The position numbers and the translations under genes were made by a program. DNA of 63,409 nucleotides, the filler included, from Basidiobolus ranarum (lineage: Eukaryota): NCBI GenBank assembly GCA_040143965.1. It is 33 parts of 33 records of this genome, joined end to end, with 100 filler letters (N's around TTAATTAATTAA, not from the genome) between each part and the next. Parts side by side here need not be neighbours in the genome. Positions count along the whole stretch, not along the records: positions 1 to 1,834 come from JASJQH010011120.1; positions 1,935 to 3,767 come from JASJQH010011121.1; positions 3,868 to 5,700 come from JASJQH010011122.1; positions 5,801 to 7,632 come from JASJQH010011123.1; positions 7,733 to 9,564 come from JASJQH010011124.1; positions 9,665 to 11,495 come from JASJQH010011125.1; positions 11,596 to 13,425 come from JASJQH010011126.1; 26 more parts are not named here. The stretch is one strand, 5' to 3'. The notes under the pieces are model-generated. The model was not told the DNA's origin. It ran no database searches and worked only from the letters and a program-made list of their open reading frames with translations. Shown here in pieces: positions 1 through 12,620 of the stretch (position 1 is the first letter of the stretch; each line of letters begins with the position of its first letter).

Positions 1-119
1 AACCACTTAAATGCTACGTCTATTTGGATGGGGGGCCAGTCTGTTTGCCAAATTCCGGGAGGGGCCTCCCGACCCTTTGGGATGAATATTAATTCCGGCT
101 TCGCACGCAAAACAATCAG

Positions 120-1834
120 AGAAATGGCACATATTGGTGGCTTGCATTCTGCCGGGGATTTTGATGGTGTGATGGCAGTTTCCAGATGGTATTTTGATGG
201 TAGTCATACATGTTAAAATATTGATCCTCAAATTTGGCATGCATTATTCAAGATCCAGCAATTTTGCAAAAATATGACTTTCAAATGGCAACTTACTGGG
301 TTTACTGCTGTAGGAATTTGAATTAATATGCAGGCCTTTATTTAAATATTTTAGGCTTTGTATTCCAGCCATACTGAGAATCACAAAATTCAAGAATCTT
401 GTGGTGTTTAGTCTCTACATATGCACATACTTGACTGATTTGAAATAACTCAACAACAGCAATATGCTTTACCAGAAAACTAATGGTGGAAAATTAGCTT
501 AACATCTCAAATTTTGAATAGCAGGATACTTGGCAAGTAGGTGACTCTTGTTTATATTCACAATCAGAACAAGCTCTTGGAGTTGGGCAAATTTCTAAAA
601 AGAATTCAGCCTATATATCCCTGACTTGCAGTCAACAAATGTGCTGCCACAACTAAATGTATCATTGCTTGAATAGATTATCCCATGGCTTAAGCAATAA
701 TACTGTGTATCTTGATCTATCTCACCAATAAGTCTGTCTTGCAGCTCTCCTAAAAATACTGTCATATTATCAAAGTGTATAGAAAGGGCCTTTAATCTCT
801 GAGCATTGAGAAAGATGCAGCAAGGAGTATATTGGATACCAGTATAGATTCAGTCTATCTTCTTTAAAATTGTAATAAAATCTTTCATATTGAATTACAA
901 AATCTATGCACAGTTGCTGTAACTGCCTGAGATCTGCCAATGTGAGTTGATGCTGTAAGAGTATATTAACAATTTTGACAAACAACTCCCAATGTTGCCA
1001 ACAGTTATCAGGCAGAAATCTTTTCAAAATTCTACATGAATATATACAAATCCAATACTGCCAGTCTTTGCAATTGAATGAACACCTAGATGAGTGGATA
1101 ATCATGGAAGTCCTGGTAAAATATGATGGTATCTTGACATTTTCAAGCATTTTCCCAATCAATTCAAACTTTGATCCCATCTCAAATGGTTCATTCATAT
1201 TGAATTTTCCATCCTATAACTGAGTAAGTGGTATTGGAATGTTGTTGAATAGTAAGTGCATAGTGCCTAATGGGAAGCTCTGGCTCCAGCTGATCCCCTT
1301 TAGCAATACACTCTTAGGCTTATGGCTAATACCAAGTTTGATTTTAGACTAACTATTTGATGAATTGATATCAGTGATCATGTTGAAATCTGACTGGGCT
1401 CTTTACAGTAATAGCATGGATTTTAGTTCTATATTTGGATAGTAGTAATGTGTATGCCTGATAGAGTAGACTCCATTAATTTGACAAAATCTACAGCAAG
1501 ATAGTGCATTGTGCCTACAAAAACCTCCAACTTTACTGATGGCCGGAGTATCACCAACATGTAAACTAATATTAGCTTTCATAAAATATTCTCCTATCTA
1601 AACCCTATTAGATAACCATTCAAATTCCATAATCAAAGACTCCAAGAAGCTATCTATAAGCACTGGTGATTTAGGTACAGGTATGATGGACAGTATCAAA
1701 ATATTATGACTCCTATAACTTTTAGAAGGAGGAAGATTTAAGTTGATTAAAATTATTGGCCAGCAAGCCTTTCCAATGGTATAGTTGTTTAGTGAGAAAC
1801 CATCCAGAGCCAATGCAAATGCATGATCATACGT
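120..1834 (-). mobile_element. Degenerate CACTA/CMC (Tnp2-like) transposase, 3' two-thirds plus 3' non-coding region
   Basis: Minus-strand ALDGFSLN..WPIILINLNLPP, SFLE and WQHWELFV..DFV..YE..FKEDRLNL..SLLHL motifs with stops; homologous to contigs 5, 18 and 26. Confidence 0.8.
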
Positions 1835-1934
1835 NNNNNNNNNNNNNNNNNNNNNNNNNNNNNNNNNNNNNNNNNNNNTTAATTAATTAANNNNNNNNNN
1901 NNNNNNNNNNNNNNNNNNNNNNNNNNNNNNNNNN
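1835..1934. other. Artificial contig-joining linker (44 N + TTAATTAATTAA + 44 N); first of 32 copies
   Basis: The identical 100-bp block recurs every ~1.92 kb (last at 61494-61593). The 12-mer gives stops in all six frames, and the intervening contigs shrink monotonically from 1834 to 1816 bp. Confidence 0.98.
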
Positions 1935-2447
1935 CTGGTAAATATGATGGTATCTTGATGTTTTCAAGCATTTTCCCAATGAATTCCAACTTTGATCCTA
2001 TCTCAAATGGCTCATTCATAGTGAATTTTCTACTATATAGGCAAGTAAGTAGTATTGTAATGTTGTTGAACAGTAAATTCATAGTGCCTGATGGGAAACT
2101 CTGGCTTCAGCTGATCCCTTTTAGCAATGAAATCTTAGGCTTATGGCTAATACCAAGTTTGTTGTTGAACTGACTATGTGGTGAATTGATATCAGTGATC
2201 ATATTGAAATCTGACCAGGCTATTGATGGTAAAATCATGAAGTTTAGTGTTGTATTTGGATAGTAATATGCATATGCCTGTAGGAGTAAACTCCATTTAT
2301 TTGACAAAACCAACAGCAAGATGGTGCATTGTGCCTACAAAAACCACCTAGTTTACTGATGGCAGGAGTGTCACCAATACATATAATGCTATTAGCTTTA
2401 ATATGATATTCACCCATCTGAACCCCATTAGATTACCCTTCAAGTTC
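1935..2447 (-). mobile_element. CACTA/CMC transposase fragment
   Basis: Decayed GDTPA region and FP..TM.LLFNN region, colinear with 32794-33519. Confidence 0.8.
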
Positions 2448-2452
2448 CACTT

Positions 2453-2493
2453 AGGATCCAATCCGGATCAAATTGATTTTGTTTTTGTTAGGG
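2453..2493 (+). mobile_element. Right terminus of the CACTA-like element (…GGATC…TTTTTGTTAGGG)
   Basis: Near-identical to 7801-7841; homology stops after TGTTAGGG. Confidence 0.65.
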
Positions 2494-3043
2494 AAATAGT
2501 CAAAGTGTCAAGGAATATTTTCAAAAGTATTAGGGGAAAAAGGCAGTGCAAGTATCCAGAAAGTGGCTTCAGAAGAATAACATTCAGCTTGCAATTCAGT
2601 CTGGTGTTGACCATATTACAGGATATCTGCCAGATAGTTGGAATAATGTTCATTGAGCAACATTAATACAATGCTGGGTATTGATGGATATATTGATGCA
2701 AACTTGTGTTGGGTATGAGCTAAACCTTGGGTATGAAGAACTCTATAAAAATATTCAGGGGAATACATCAAAGAGACAAGGTGACAAATTAGGGTTCAAG
2801 TGTTAATTGTGTAAAATTTGAGTTACATTTTTTGCACATGTGTTGATCCACAGTTCTCTGAGATTGTAGCCAATCATGTGCAAATATTTTGCGAGATCCT
2901 CAAATTTCACTCCTGAAACTGAAAAAATTGATTAAATCAAATCTAACTTGACAATTTCATAATGGTAAGTAAATGGTCAATCCCAAATGGATTAAAATAG
3001 TGATGGTTATGCTACAATAACAATCCTCAAATTTCTGGCAGGG
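2494..3043 (-). mobile_element. Putative left terminal region of the CACTA-like element
   Basis: Reverse complement of 53397-53824; ends in a decayed terminus CCTCAAATTTCTGGCAGGG. Confidence 0.55.
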
Positions 3044-3767
3044 AGAAGTTATCTATAAATTTAAATCTTCCTCCTACTAAATAGTACAAGAGTCATAATT
3101 GTTTGATACTATCCATCATATCTGGACCTAAATCACCAGTGCTTATAGAAAGCATCTTGGAGTCTTTTATTGCGGAATTTCAATGGTTATTTAATGCGGT
3201 TTAGATGGGTGAATATTTGATTAAAGCTAATATCATTGTATGTATTGGTGACACTCCTGACATCAGTAAACTTGAAGCTTCTTGCAAACACAATGCGCTA
3301 TCTTGCTGTAAATTTTGTCAAATCAATTGAGTTTACTCTAACAAGCACATGCATTACTACTTTCCAAATACAAAATCAAACTTCATGAATTTACCGTCAA
3401 TTGCCTGGTCAGATTTCAATGTGATCACTGATATTAATTCACTAAATAGACAGTCTAACATCAAACTTGGTATTAGCCTAAGATTATATTGCTAAAGTGG
3501 CTCAGCTGGAGCCAGAGCTTTCCATTAGGCACTATGCACTTACTATTCAACAACATTCCAACATGACTTACTCAGCTATATAGTGGGAAATTCAGTATGA
3601 ATGAGCAATTTGAGATAGGATCAAAGTTTGAATTGATTAGAAAATGCTTGAAAAATAAAAGATGCTATCTTATTTTATCAGGTTTCTCAGCAATACCCAT
3701 TTATCTAGGCATTTATTCAAATGCAAAGGTTTGAGGTATTGAATTTTTATACATTCAAGTGGAATTT
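3044..3767 (+). mobile_element. CACTA/CMC transposase fragment
   Basis: SIISGPKSPVLI, IGDTP, SCCKFCQ and FPLGTMHLLFNNIP read on the + strand, with stops. Confidence 0.8.
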
Positions 3768-3867
3768 NNNNNNNNNNNNNNNNNNNNNNNNNNNNNNNNN
3801 NNNNNNNNNNNTTAATTAATTAANNNNNNNNNNNNNNNNNNNNNNNNNNNNNNNNNNNNNNNNNNNN

Positions 3868-5163
3868 AATTCAATTACATTGATTTTAACAATTTCAGCT
3901 AAATATCAGTATATTATACATCAAATGGATGTTAAAACTATTTTTTGAATGGTGAGCTTGCTGAGGAGATCTATATAGACCAGCCAGATGGATCTGTGGA
4001 CCTAGAAAACCCTAAAAAAGTTTGCAGACTCCACAAAACACTCTATGGCTGAACAACAATCTCCAAGAGCTTGGAATAGCATGATAGATGCTTTTTTGAA
4101 AACACTCAAATTCCAAAAGAGTAATGCTGACTATGATATCCACTTCTGGCCAGATAAGACAAACCCAGTTTTATTAGCCTTATATGTAGATGACCTTATT
4201 ATAGCAACTAATAACATGAAGACTTTGGAGAAAACCAAATCAATCTTATCTGCCAAATACAAAATGACTGATCTTGGTGAACTGATGTACTATCTTAGAA
4301 TCCAAATTAAGATAGATAGAACTACCAAAGCAATAGCTTTAAACTAATCTGAGTATATCCCAGATATACTAAAGAAGTTTAAAATGGAAGAATGTAATCT
4401 AGTATCTACCCCAATGGAGACAAACCTTAACTTGCCCAAAAATGGCTCAAATCAGATGTTCTTAGATTCAAATGAAAGCCAGGAGTTTCCTTAACAATCT
4501 ATGGCTGGTAGTTTGATGTATATCATGGTTGGAACACATCTGGATACTGCATATTCTGTGGGAGTTATGTGCCAATATCTTCAAAATTATGGATCTGATC
4601 AAATCACAGCAGTTATGCAGATTTTCAGATATTTGAAAGGTATTGTGGATCTGTGTTTATAATACACATATTCAGGATCAAACTTTGATCTAATGGGATA
4701 TTCAGATGTAAATTGGGGAAGAGATATTGAAAACAGGAGATCTACAACAGGATACCTATTTCTTTGCTGTAATGGAGCTATTTCTTAGATTTCAAAGAAA
4801 CAACATACTGTAGCACTTTCAACAACAGATGCAGAATATATGACTGCCTGTGAAGCAACAAGAGAAGCAATTTGGCTAAGAAAACTCTTAACAGATATTG
4901 GTTATTTTCAAATTTCATCAACTACAATGTTTCAAGATAATCAAAGTTGTATCAAATTAGCTAAGAATCCCACATTTCATAATGGAAGCAAACATATAGA
5001 TATTAAGCATCACTTTATTAGAGAGACTATAGAGAATAAGTTTATTGCCTTAACTTATTGTTTTACAGAAGATATGTTTGCTGATATTTTAACCAAACCA
5101 TTGGCTAGGGAGAAATTTGAAAAATTTGGACCTTTATTAGGATTAGTTTATATGACTAATTAA
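3868..5163 (+). mobile_element. Ty1/copia pol remnant (reverse transcriptase and RNase H), LTR-B family
   Basis: HQMDVKT, LALYVDDLII, GYSD.NWG, ALSTT.AEY, QDNQSCI, KHIDIKHHFIRE and ADILTKPL motifs; stops and frameshifts. Confidence 0.92.
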
Positions 5164-5174
5164 TTGAGGGAGAG

Positions 5175-5521
5175 TGTTGAAATGAGCATTGCCTAAACAC
5201 CTATATAGTCATATATAGCTTAGTACTTAGTTATCTTATAACTCACCAAGATGTTATCCATTATTCTCAATTGGAATTTACTTATGATGTTTTTACCAAC
5301 CTATAAGTTTTCAGATATATCGATTTTTCAGACTTGTGCTGGAAGACCCAAACTTTGCACACATGTTTCTGGGACCTTGCTTAACACATTCTTCATGCTA
5401 GTTTCTTACATCTTGACAAAACTATAAATGTCAACTTTCTACTCAATAAATCAGTAAGTGAAAACCCCCAATTCCTCTAATTTTCCAAACCACTTCCAAC
5501 AGGCTCCCAAATACTTTAATA
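5175..5521 (+). repeat. 3' LTR, copia family B (~347 bp), preceded by polypurine tract GAGGGAGAG
   Basis: TGTTGAAA start directly after the RNase H stop and PPT; homologous to 38863-39210 and 51277-51605. Confidence 0.85.
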
Positions 5522-5572
5522 GTATTGGCAATGCTAATTTCAACATTAATTATGGAAGGATCTCAAGTCACA

Positions 5573-5700
5573 CTATTGACAAGTGTTTTCCACTTGTATC
5601 AAGTATATAGCCAGCAACAGTTGTCAAACAACTGTGGCTAAAGTGTTAGAAAACCTGTAAACAACTGGTTGCTAAATTGGATTGAACTTTCCTCTCCTTG
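5573..5700 (-). mobile_element. CACTA-like transposase N-terminal fragment
   Basis: Matches 7145-7260 and the reverse complement of 62930-63050 (YKWKTLV). Confidence 0.6.
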
Positions 5701-5914
5701 NNNNNNNNNNNNNNNNNNNNNNNNNNNNNNNNNNNNNNNNNNNNTTAATTAATTAANNNNNNNNNNNNNNNNNNNNNNNNNNNNNNNNNNNNNNNNNNNN
5801 GTCCCAGTCCTTGTCCAGTTCCGTATTGTGACACTTTGCCAAGAGTGTCATGCAGCCTACCCAGAAAAACCTGGCCATATGATGTCTGGAAGCCATCACT
5901 AGATGAGGGGATAC

Positions 5915-6448
5915 TGTCATGATTGAAATCTTGGCATACTCATCCACTGCAAATAGAATTCATCTATTATTAGATTTTGACATCATATCTGCTGTGCCAT
6001 CCTACTTGGCAATCTTATGTTAGTTCATCCCGGTTACTTTATATTGAATTCATGTTCTTTGGAGAATTCCATGGAATCTAACCAATCATCTTATTCTACA
6101 CATAGTGTATCTCCACAATGACCTTCCATGGAGGGTTGCCTGATCTTCCTTACATCAGCCCTCTATGTATAGGTCCTTGTAGTCCCTAACATCCCAACAC
6201 TTTATCTTGCCACAGTATATTCCCTATTTGGTATATTTTGTTTCACCCTGCAATATCTATATAAGCTCCATGTATTCCTTGATCAAATTTCAGTGTGATC
6301 AACACCAGATATGAATAAAGATCTTTGCCATAGTATCTTCCCTGTCCAGTCTGGTCTTGTCTTGCCTTGTGGCCTATATCTAAGTATCCTCCTGATTTCT
6401 GGCCTGCTGTCTCTGCTTCCAGTCTTTGTCGACTACCTTATTGTAACA
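5915..6448 (+). repeat. 3' LTR, gypsy/chromovirus family D (~530 bp)
   Basis: TGTCA…TGTAACA ends, preceded by PPT AGATGAGGGG and a chromodomain tail (HAAYPEKPGH); homologous to 23886-24410. Confidence 0.8.
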
Positions 6449-7632
6449 CTATTTGGTGATTTGATATCAATGAGCATCTTACAATCTGACTGGGCTCTTG
6501 ACAGTAACATCATGGAGTTTAGTTTTGTATTTTGATTGTTGCAATACATATGCCTGATATTGAAAACTCTATTGATTTAATAAACATTCGCCCAGCTGAA
6601 CCCTATTTGATAACCATTCAAATTCTGCAACCAAAGGCTCCAAGAAGGCATCTATAAGCACTGGTTATTTAGGTCCAGATATGATGGATATCATCAAAAT
6701 ATTATGACTCCTACACCACTCAGAAGGAGTAAGATTTAATTTAATTAAGATTATTGGCCAGCAAACCTTTCCAGTGGTACATTTGTTTAGTGCAAAACCT
6801 TCCATAGCCAATGCCAATGCATGATCATATGTGTTCTCAAAAAAACATTGACTTTTCAGATTCTTGCAGTGATATCGATCAAGTATATCAGTAATACCAT
6901 TAGCTTTATGGTGAGTACTTTGGTGTTCGATCAATGATCTATATTTGGGTGATTTCATCAAAGCTCCAGGATAGGGAATCAATGGTATGTAAGCCAAATA
7001 TGAACAATATTTACCCAATTCAGTGATTGCCAATAGTGTGTAAACAGTACACAACTGCAGGTTTTTCAGATCATGGGTGAAAGCCAAACAACCATTTGGA
7101 CTTGAAGGTAACTCAATTACTAAAGGATAATAAGCCATACATTGGACAAGTGTTTTCCACTTGTACATGGTCTGTGGTAAGCAACTGATGCCAAACAAAT
7201 ATGGTAAAAGTTTATAAAAGCCAATTAACACCTGGTTGCCAAGATTTGATTGAACTCTCTACTCCGGAATAATCAAAGCTGCTTCCTTTACTGTAAGTGT
7301 TATGTGTGGACTAATGCTTACCAATAACAAAAATTTTTAACAAAATAATCATGTTCTCCTTTAACTTCTGATATACTACCATCAGTACTGGAATAACCAA
7401 GGTCAACATCTAGCATCATGTCCACAAATTTGAATGGGCTTACTGATATGATCCAAGCTGCCTTTCTACCTACATCATTGTGATGATATTACTGTGGTAA
7501 CTCCATGGTCTCTTGACTTTTGGCAGTGTTACCAAACATTTGTGGTAAAGCACAGCCAGTAGACTAAGTGGGCAAAACTAAAGTCAATTTTGTGCACCTA
7601 TTACTGTTAATATTTACCTGGGTTTGTGCAGC
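6449..7632 (-). mobile_element. CACTA/CMC transposase, N-terminal and catalytic-start region, with an internal deletion
   Basis: ORF 6665-7231: PNGCLAF, YLAYIPLIP, DILD.YH, ALAMEGF, WPIILI.LNL.P. Confidence 0.8.
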
Positions 7633-7732
7633 NNNNNNNNNNNNNNNNNNNNNNNNNNNNNNNNNNNNNNNNNNNNTTAATTAATTAANNNNNNNNNNNN
7701 NNNNNNNNNNNNNNNNNNNNNNNNNNNNNNNN

Positions 7733-7841
7733 AAATCCCTGGCAGAATGCAAGCCAACAATATTGTGACGGTTCTCTGACGGTTTTGCTATTTTGGAGGG
7801 TGGATCCGATCCGGATCAAATCGATTTTATTTTTGTTAGGG
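7733..7841 (+). mobile_element. Right end of a CACTA-like element, terminus TGTTAGGG
   Basis: Reverse-complement homology to the transposase 3' region at 7884-7970 and 130-165; terminus shared with 2453-2493. Confidence 0.7.
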
Positions 7842-7883
7842 TATAGTTAACTATGATGTTGAATAAAGATTACTGATCCAACA

Positions 7884-9564
7884 GATCTGGATTGGATCCA
7901 CCCTTCTGGATTGCATTACTGTCAGAGGGCAGTCATAGTATCAGTGGCTTGCATTCTGCCAGGGATTTTGATGGTGTGATGGAGTTTTCTTGATAGTATT
8001 TTAATGGTATTCATGTATGTTAAAATATTGATCCTCACATTTGGCATGTGTTATTTAATTTCCTGCAATTTTTGCAAAAATCTAATTGTTAAGTGGCTAA
8101 TTACTGGGTTAACTGCTGTACAAATTTAAATTAATATGCAAGCCTTTTTTTATATGTTTCAGGCTATGTATTCCAGCCATAATGAGAATCAAAAATACAA
8201 GAATCTTGTTGTGTTTAGTCTCTGCATATGCACATACTTGACTGATCAGACATAACTCTACAACATTAATATGCTTCACCAGCAAACTAATAGTGGAAAA
8301 ATGCTAAACATCTGAAATTTTGAATAGCACTGACACTTGGCAAATAGCTGACTCTTGTGACTGTTTATGATGAGAATAAGCTCTCTGTGTCCATGGATTG
8401 GGCTTTGTTACTGTCATTGTGCACAAACAATGCAAAAACCTGTCAGCACATTGAAAAGAGCCCTTTGTTGGAAGCTTAATATACTCTGGAGTCTCCTTAA
8501 CCCATTGCATTACGTCCATCACTCAATTTGCTGATACATTGTTAATCACATGAGCATATGATGATACTGATGATTTCACATGGAGCATCATTTCACCACA
8601 GTGGCACTCCATTGGGAGCTCCAAGATTGTATAGTATAGGCCTATAATCTTTAAGCATTGTGAAAGAAGCAGCAGGGAATGTATTGAATAGCAGCATATA
8701 TTTATTCTATCTTCTTTAAACCTGTAACAAAGCTTTTCATATCCAATTACAAAATCTTTGCACAGTTGCTCTATCTGCCCAAGATCTCCTAATGTGAGTT
8801 AATGCCATAAGAATATATTAACAATATCCACAAACAACTCCCAATGTTACCAATACTTATCATGCAGAAATCCTTTCAAGATTCCACTGAAATATATACA
8901 AATATAATTCTTCCAGGCTTTGTATTTGAATAAATGCCTAGATGAGTGGATATTTATGGGAGTCCTGATAAAATATGATGGTATCTAAATGTTTACAAGC
9001 ATTTTCCCCATCAATTCAAACTTTTATCCTCTCTCAAATAGCTCATTCATATTGAATTTTCCACTCTATAGCTGAGTAAATACTATTGGAATGTTATTCA
9101 ATAGCAAGTACATAGTGCCTAATAGGAAGCTCTGGCACCAGTTGATCCACTTTAGTAATAGAATCTTAGGCATACAGCTGATACTAAGTTTGATGTCAGT
9201 CTGACCATTTGGTGAATTGATATCAGTGATCATGTTTAAATCTGACTGGGCACTTGATGGTAAAATCTGGTAGTTTAGTGTATTATTTAGATAGTAGTAA
9301 CATATTTGCTTGATAGAGTGAACTTCATTGATTTGACAAATCTACAAAAAGATAGTGCATTATGCCTGCAGAAACCTCCAAGTTTACTGATGGCAGGAGT
9401 GTCACCAATACATACAATGATATGAGCTTTAATAAAATATGCACCTGTCTGAACCCCATTAGATAATAATTCAAGTTTTGCAATCAAAGGCTCCAAGAAG
9501 CTATCTATAAGCACTGGTAATTTAGGTCCAGATATGATGGATAGTATCAAAATATTATGACTCT
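7884..9564 (-). mobile_element. CACTA/CMC transposase 3' part and 3' non-coding region
   Basis: SIISGPK..IDSFLEPL, IGDTPAISKLGGF, CRF, LGTM, and the ELPMECHCG (WEFPMER-like) motif; many stops. Confidence 0.82.
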
Positions 9565-9699
9565 NNNNNNNNNNNNNNNNNNNNNNNNNNNNNNNNNNNN
9601 NNNNNNNNTTAATTAATTAANNNNNNNNNNNNNNNNNNNNNNNNNNNNNNNNNNNNNNNNNNNNCCACATAAGTAAAATAAACTGTTTCCAAAATGGTA

Positions 9700-9793
9700 A
9701 ATAACATCATGCCAGATAGTGCCCAATCATGCCAATTTGTGCTGGCACACTTTTTGACTGGCCTGATCTGGCTCAATAAAATGGAACAAGTCT
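9700..9793. mobile_element. Diverged end of the GGACTTGTTC-TIR MITE family
   Basis: Ends ATGGAACAAGTC(T) followed by AAT, as in the copies at 14658 and 25558. Confidence 0.4.
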
Positions 9794-10024
9794 AATGTGA
9801 GAATTAGTGATTCCACATTGGAAATTTCAAACTTGTCCAAATTGCCCCAAAGATACCTCATTTTACTCCCACAGATGTTCTGAACACAACCCCAGTGTTA
9901 TTTTTCTGTGTTTCCACCAAAAAGTATAAATGCTTTATTTCTGGACAATAAACAATTATCTCACAAAGCTATTCACAACTCCACTTATCTAAAGTTCCTC
10001 CAAACAGCCCATATTTTCCCAATA
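9794..10024 (+). repeat. LTR-A, 3' part
   Basis: Matches the LTR-A consensus through TTTTCCCAATA. Confidence 0.85.
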
Positions 10025-10099
10025 GATCAACTTCTGCAAGAATTATACAGACAACTCATGAAGAACCACTTCCCACAATGAACAAGGAAACACCTACAT

Positions 10100-10520
10100 T
10101 CACATACTACTCAGTGGCCACTGCCATAGTTAGTGGGACTACTCATGGAGACCTTACATGATGCCATATTGATAGTGGGTCAGATATTTGTGTGATGCCA
10201 ATGGACTTCTATTAGTCATTACCATGCAAACACTTGCTCCCAATGTATGCTGACATACACTGGAATATACATGATGCCAACACTGGAGTCTCTTCACTTT
10301 TAGGAGTAATTCATGCATTTCCCATCAACATAGAAGGAGTAGAGCACAATGTACCTGTCTACATCTGCCAAAAAGCAAACTTCAAAGTACTACTTGGAAG
10401 ACCTTGGGAAACAAAAGCATGAGCAATGGTCATGAATTACCCTGATGGATCTGTTAGGTACACCATTTATGGAATTAACCCCGGACTACTTGCCAACTTT
10501 TGTGGAGCACCAGCTACTGA
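10100..10520 (+). mobile_element. Ty3/gypsy-type aspartic protease remnant
   Basis: IDSGSDICVM active-site motif followed by IHDANTG…VLLGRPWE. Confidence 0.6.
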
Positions 10521-11341
10521 CCATAGGCTCTTGATGGTAAAATCATGAAGTTTAGTGTTGTATTTGGATAGTAGTAATGCGTAAGCCTGTTGGAGTAAAC
10601 TCCATTGATTTGACAAAATCTAGAGCAAGATAGTGCATTGTGCCACAAATTCCTCCAAATTTACTGATGGCAGGAGTGTCACCAATACACACAATGATAT
10701 TAGCATTAATAAATTACCAATACATACAATGATACAAGCTTTAATAAAGTATTCACCCATCTGAACCCCATTAGATAACCATTCAATTCCTGCAATCAAA
10801 GGCTCCCAGAAGCTATCCATAAGCACTGGTTATTTAGGTCCAGATAGGATGAATAGTATCAAAATATTATGACTCTTATACCAATCAGAAGGAGGGAGAT
10901 TTGAGTTACTTAAAATATTGGCCAGTAAGCCTTTCAAATGGAATATTTGTTCAGTGAGAAACCATCCAGAGCCAATGCAAATGCATGATCACTCATGTTC
11001 TCAAAGAAACCTTGACTTTTCAGATTCTGGTTGTGATATCCATCAAGTATACTAATAATACCATCAGCTTTACAGTGAGTACTTTGGTATTGGATCAATG
11101 ATCTATATTTGGGTGATTTCATCAAAACTTTTAGATGGGGAATCAATGGTATGTAAGCCAAATAAGAAAACCTCCAAGTTCACAGATGGCAGGAGTGGCC
11201 CCAATACATAGAAAGATAATAGCTTATGGGGAGTCAATGGTATGTTAGCCAAATATAAACAATATTTACTTGATTCAGTGATTGCCAATTGTGTGCAAAC
11301 AGTACATGATTTCAGATTTTTCAGACCACTAGTGAAAGCCA
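10521..11341 (-). mobile_element. Rearranged CACTA/CMC transposase fragment with internal duplications
   Basis: ALALDGFSLNK and IIVCIG; the IVCIGDTP and YIPL segments each appear more than once. Confidence 0.78.
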
Positions 11342-11495
11342 TGTTGAAGTTTATTGTCTTTATCATATATGTTATCTCTATCTTTATACACCTAACTATT
11401 TCATATATCACATATTATTTAGTCAACATTATTTAGTCAAATATCACTTAGCTGCAAATTGGAACATATATTTTATATATATGTGAATTATGTGA
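11342..11495 (+). repeat. LTR-A, 5' part
   Basis: TGTTGAAGTTTATTGTC start. Confidence 0.85.
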
Positions 11496-11595
11496 NNNNN
11501 NNNNNNNNNNNNNNNNNNNNNNNNNNNNNNNNNNNNNNNTTAATTAATTAANNNNNNNNNNNNNNNNNNNNNNNNNNNNNNNNNNNNNNNNNNNN

Positions 11596-11845
11596 TCTAA
11601 TTGATAGAAATATCAATTAGATCACTTTTACCGATTTTCACTATTTTCTTGTAACTTCTCCAAATCACCTCAAACTTTCACCCATGTTCAACAGGCATGT
11701 TTGTTATGACCTAAGCACATCCAATAGTCCTATTTCATAGTAAACTATAAATAGGACATATTCAATACAATAAAACTTAAATGTTTAATTCACAAATCCA
11801 AATCTTGTCCAAAACCACTTTGAAGTCCCCTACACACTTTTATCA
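11596..11845 (+). repeat. LTR-C, 3' part
   Basis: Matches 44330-44576 through ACACTTTTATCA. Confidence 0.8.
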
Positions 11846-11899
11846 ATTACAACTTCAGATTTTCTCCAACACATCTCCAAATGTACTAGTACATCAGCA

Positions 11900-12620
11900 A
11901 GCCATGAGCCCTACCCCAGTGGTGAAAAGAGTGTCCACAGGCATCATTCACAATATTTTTCAATCAACCAAGAGGTTGGATGGTGAAGCTTGTTATCTTG
12001 GGAGATTCAGGATGGAAATGATGCTAAAAGACAGACAACTATTTTGGATTTGTTGCTGGAGAAGAGTTACAGCCTAAGCAGCCACCAGAAGCAATCCTTA
12101 CCTTTAACAAGAAGTAGAAAGGAACTTGCTTCATTTTTCTACTTTGCATTTACCTATATTGAAGGAAATATTCTGAGCCAACAATTTTCAAATTGACTGG
12201 AACATACTTCATGGACTGAATGGGAGCAACAGTTTAGCTCATAGGCCACATCTTAGGCAAATATCACTGTCAATTTGGATGAAATCCAATCAATTCCTGT
12301 ATAGCAGATTAAAATAATGGTTCTAAGATATTGCAGATCAGCTCATCCATAGGTACATCTCAATATTAATAACAAAGAGCTGTGCCACTGATTGGGTGCT
12401 GTCCAGACCAGTTTGAGGATCTAATAAATGAATTGTTTACAATATAAGAACCATTGGTAATAGAATATGTTTTAGCCTGGCTTTTGGATGAGGAAATGCA
12501 AGATCTAAATCTCAGCAATATCAAACAGATCAGGTATTTTTTAGAGCTGTAATCATATAAAAGACTTTCATAATGTTGTGTCTAACAAGAAGTCAATAAA
12601 GTGCCAGTAATAATTATGTA
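11900..12620 (+). mobile_element. Highly decayed copia gag with PBS remnant
   Basis: ATGAGCCC PBS remnant, then STGIIHNIFQSTKRLDGE..RFRMEMMLKDRQL, similar to the other gag N-termini. Confidence 0.55.
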
